Shown here: piece after piece, positions 59,799 to 60,643 of the stretch
Layout of the letters: each line of letters begins with the position of its first letter
Position numbering within the stretch: the stretch's first letter is position 1
The notes under the pieces: model-generated
Databases searched by the model: none
What the model saw: the letters and a program-made list of their open reading frames with translations, nothing else
Told to the model about the DNA's origin: nothing
Source: Chiloscyllium plagiosum
Lineage: Eukaryota
Length of the DNA stretch: 60,643 nt
NCBI RefSeq assembly: GCF_004010195.1
Contig: NC_057760.1
Coordinates: forward strand, 1,864,776 to 1,925,418
Direction: 5' to 3'
Translations under genes and position numbers: made by a program

Positions 59799-60359
59799 CC
59801 CACCAAATAGCACACAATTCCAAAATCCAGAGGCAAAAGATGGCTTCTGTTTGAAACAGGACAACTCTCGAGGCATCCAAAGTCTTAGAAATGGGAACTT
59901 CCTGATTGAAAAGTGGCTGCTGCATTCTGACTGAGGCACACTCAGAGAATATTCTGCACTGGGCTGCAATGCTGGCACACTCTTGAGGCCATGCAAATGC
60001 ATTTTCGTTCCTGTCAAGGTTGACTGTAACGCCAAATCTCTTCCTCCACAATCCATCACCGGCACGTGCACTCAAGGACCATAACAGATAGCCTCCTCAT
60101 TGAATTCCTCACATTCTGTTGTTGGATATTTGAGCAGTCACACCCATAAAGACAGCTGCTTGTCAACCCAGACACACCTCAGCTCCCAGATTGCCGACTG
60201 ACAGCTCTTATCGTTACAAGGATACCTGACCCCGGAGCCAGAGGACACTGCGGCTTCGACTCTTACGCCGTCTCAGGCACAGGAAAATCTGGCTATGAAG
60301 GAAGTGATCTGGGAATTCTCATCTTCACCTGGGCAGCCAGATCGCAAAGCAACATGACA

Positions 60360-60542
60360 GGGAGATGGGAGCTCCAACTAGCCATTTAACCCCTCGGGGA
60401 GATGGGAGCTCCAACTAGCCATTTAACCCCTCGGGAGATGGGAGCTCCAACTAGCCATTTAACTCCTCGGGAGATGGGAGCTCCAACTAGCCATTTAACC
60501 CCTCGGGAGATGGGAGCTCCAACTAGCCATTTAACTCCTCGG
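60360..60542 (+). repeat. 36-bp minisatellite, 5 units (gggagatgggagctccaactagccatttaacccctc)
   Basis: Tandem units. Confidence 0.95.
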
Positions 60543-60643
60543 TACCACTGCATCGAGAGTCTACATCTGACCAACTTTAACCCACTCTATACTCCTTACT
60601 TCTGTCACCCCCTCCAGCCCCTACACCCCCTCCCTATCCCTAT

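Overview
Vertebrate genomic DNA, very likely from a shark or other cartilaginous fish, inferred from HE1-type V-SINEs, CR1/HER1-type LINE tails and the 72-bp and 33-bp minisatellites. Most of the window is repeat. There are three assembly gaps (2790-3289, 21116-21129, 27269-27768). Host coding sequence: (i) two minus-strand exons of a small-conductance Ca2+-activated K+ channel, most like KCNN3, at 54857-54952 and from 27789 into a gap, separated by a ~27 kb intron; (ii) four paralogous, satellite-flanked phase-0/phase-0 exons of 267-276 nt (1336-1611 +, 1985-2251 +, 7698-7973 -, 19477-19752 -). These encode a helical module that resembles, from recall only, the stalk region of RNF112/atlastin-GBP-type GTPases, and the copies are mosaics with blocks of amino-acid-changing differences. 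Mobile elements include two Gmr1-order (integrase before RT) Gypsy relics, a Penelope-like element with an inverted second copy inside it, several foldback Penelope-end mini-elements carrying minimal hammerhead ribozyme cores, and a stack of Tx1/L1-clade insertions that all sit at one 12-bp site (ACACTCCTGTTT) inside a solo LTR. A run of about 47 identical 72-bp units is also present. Most long ORFs in the track are repeat or gap artefacts.
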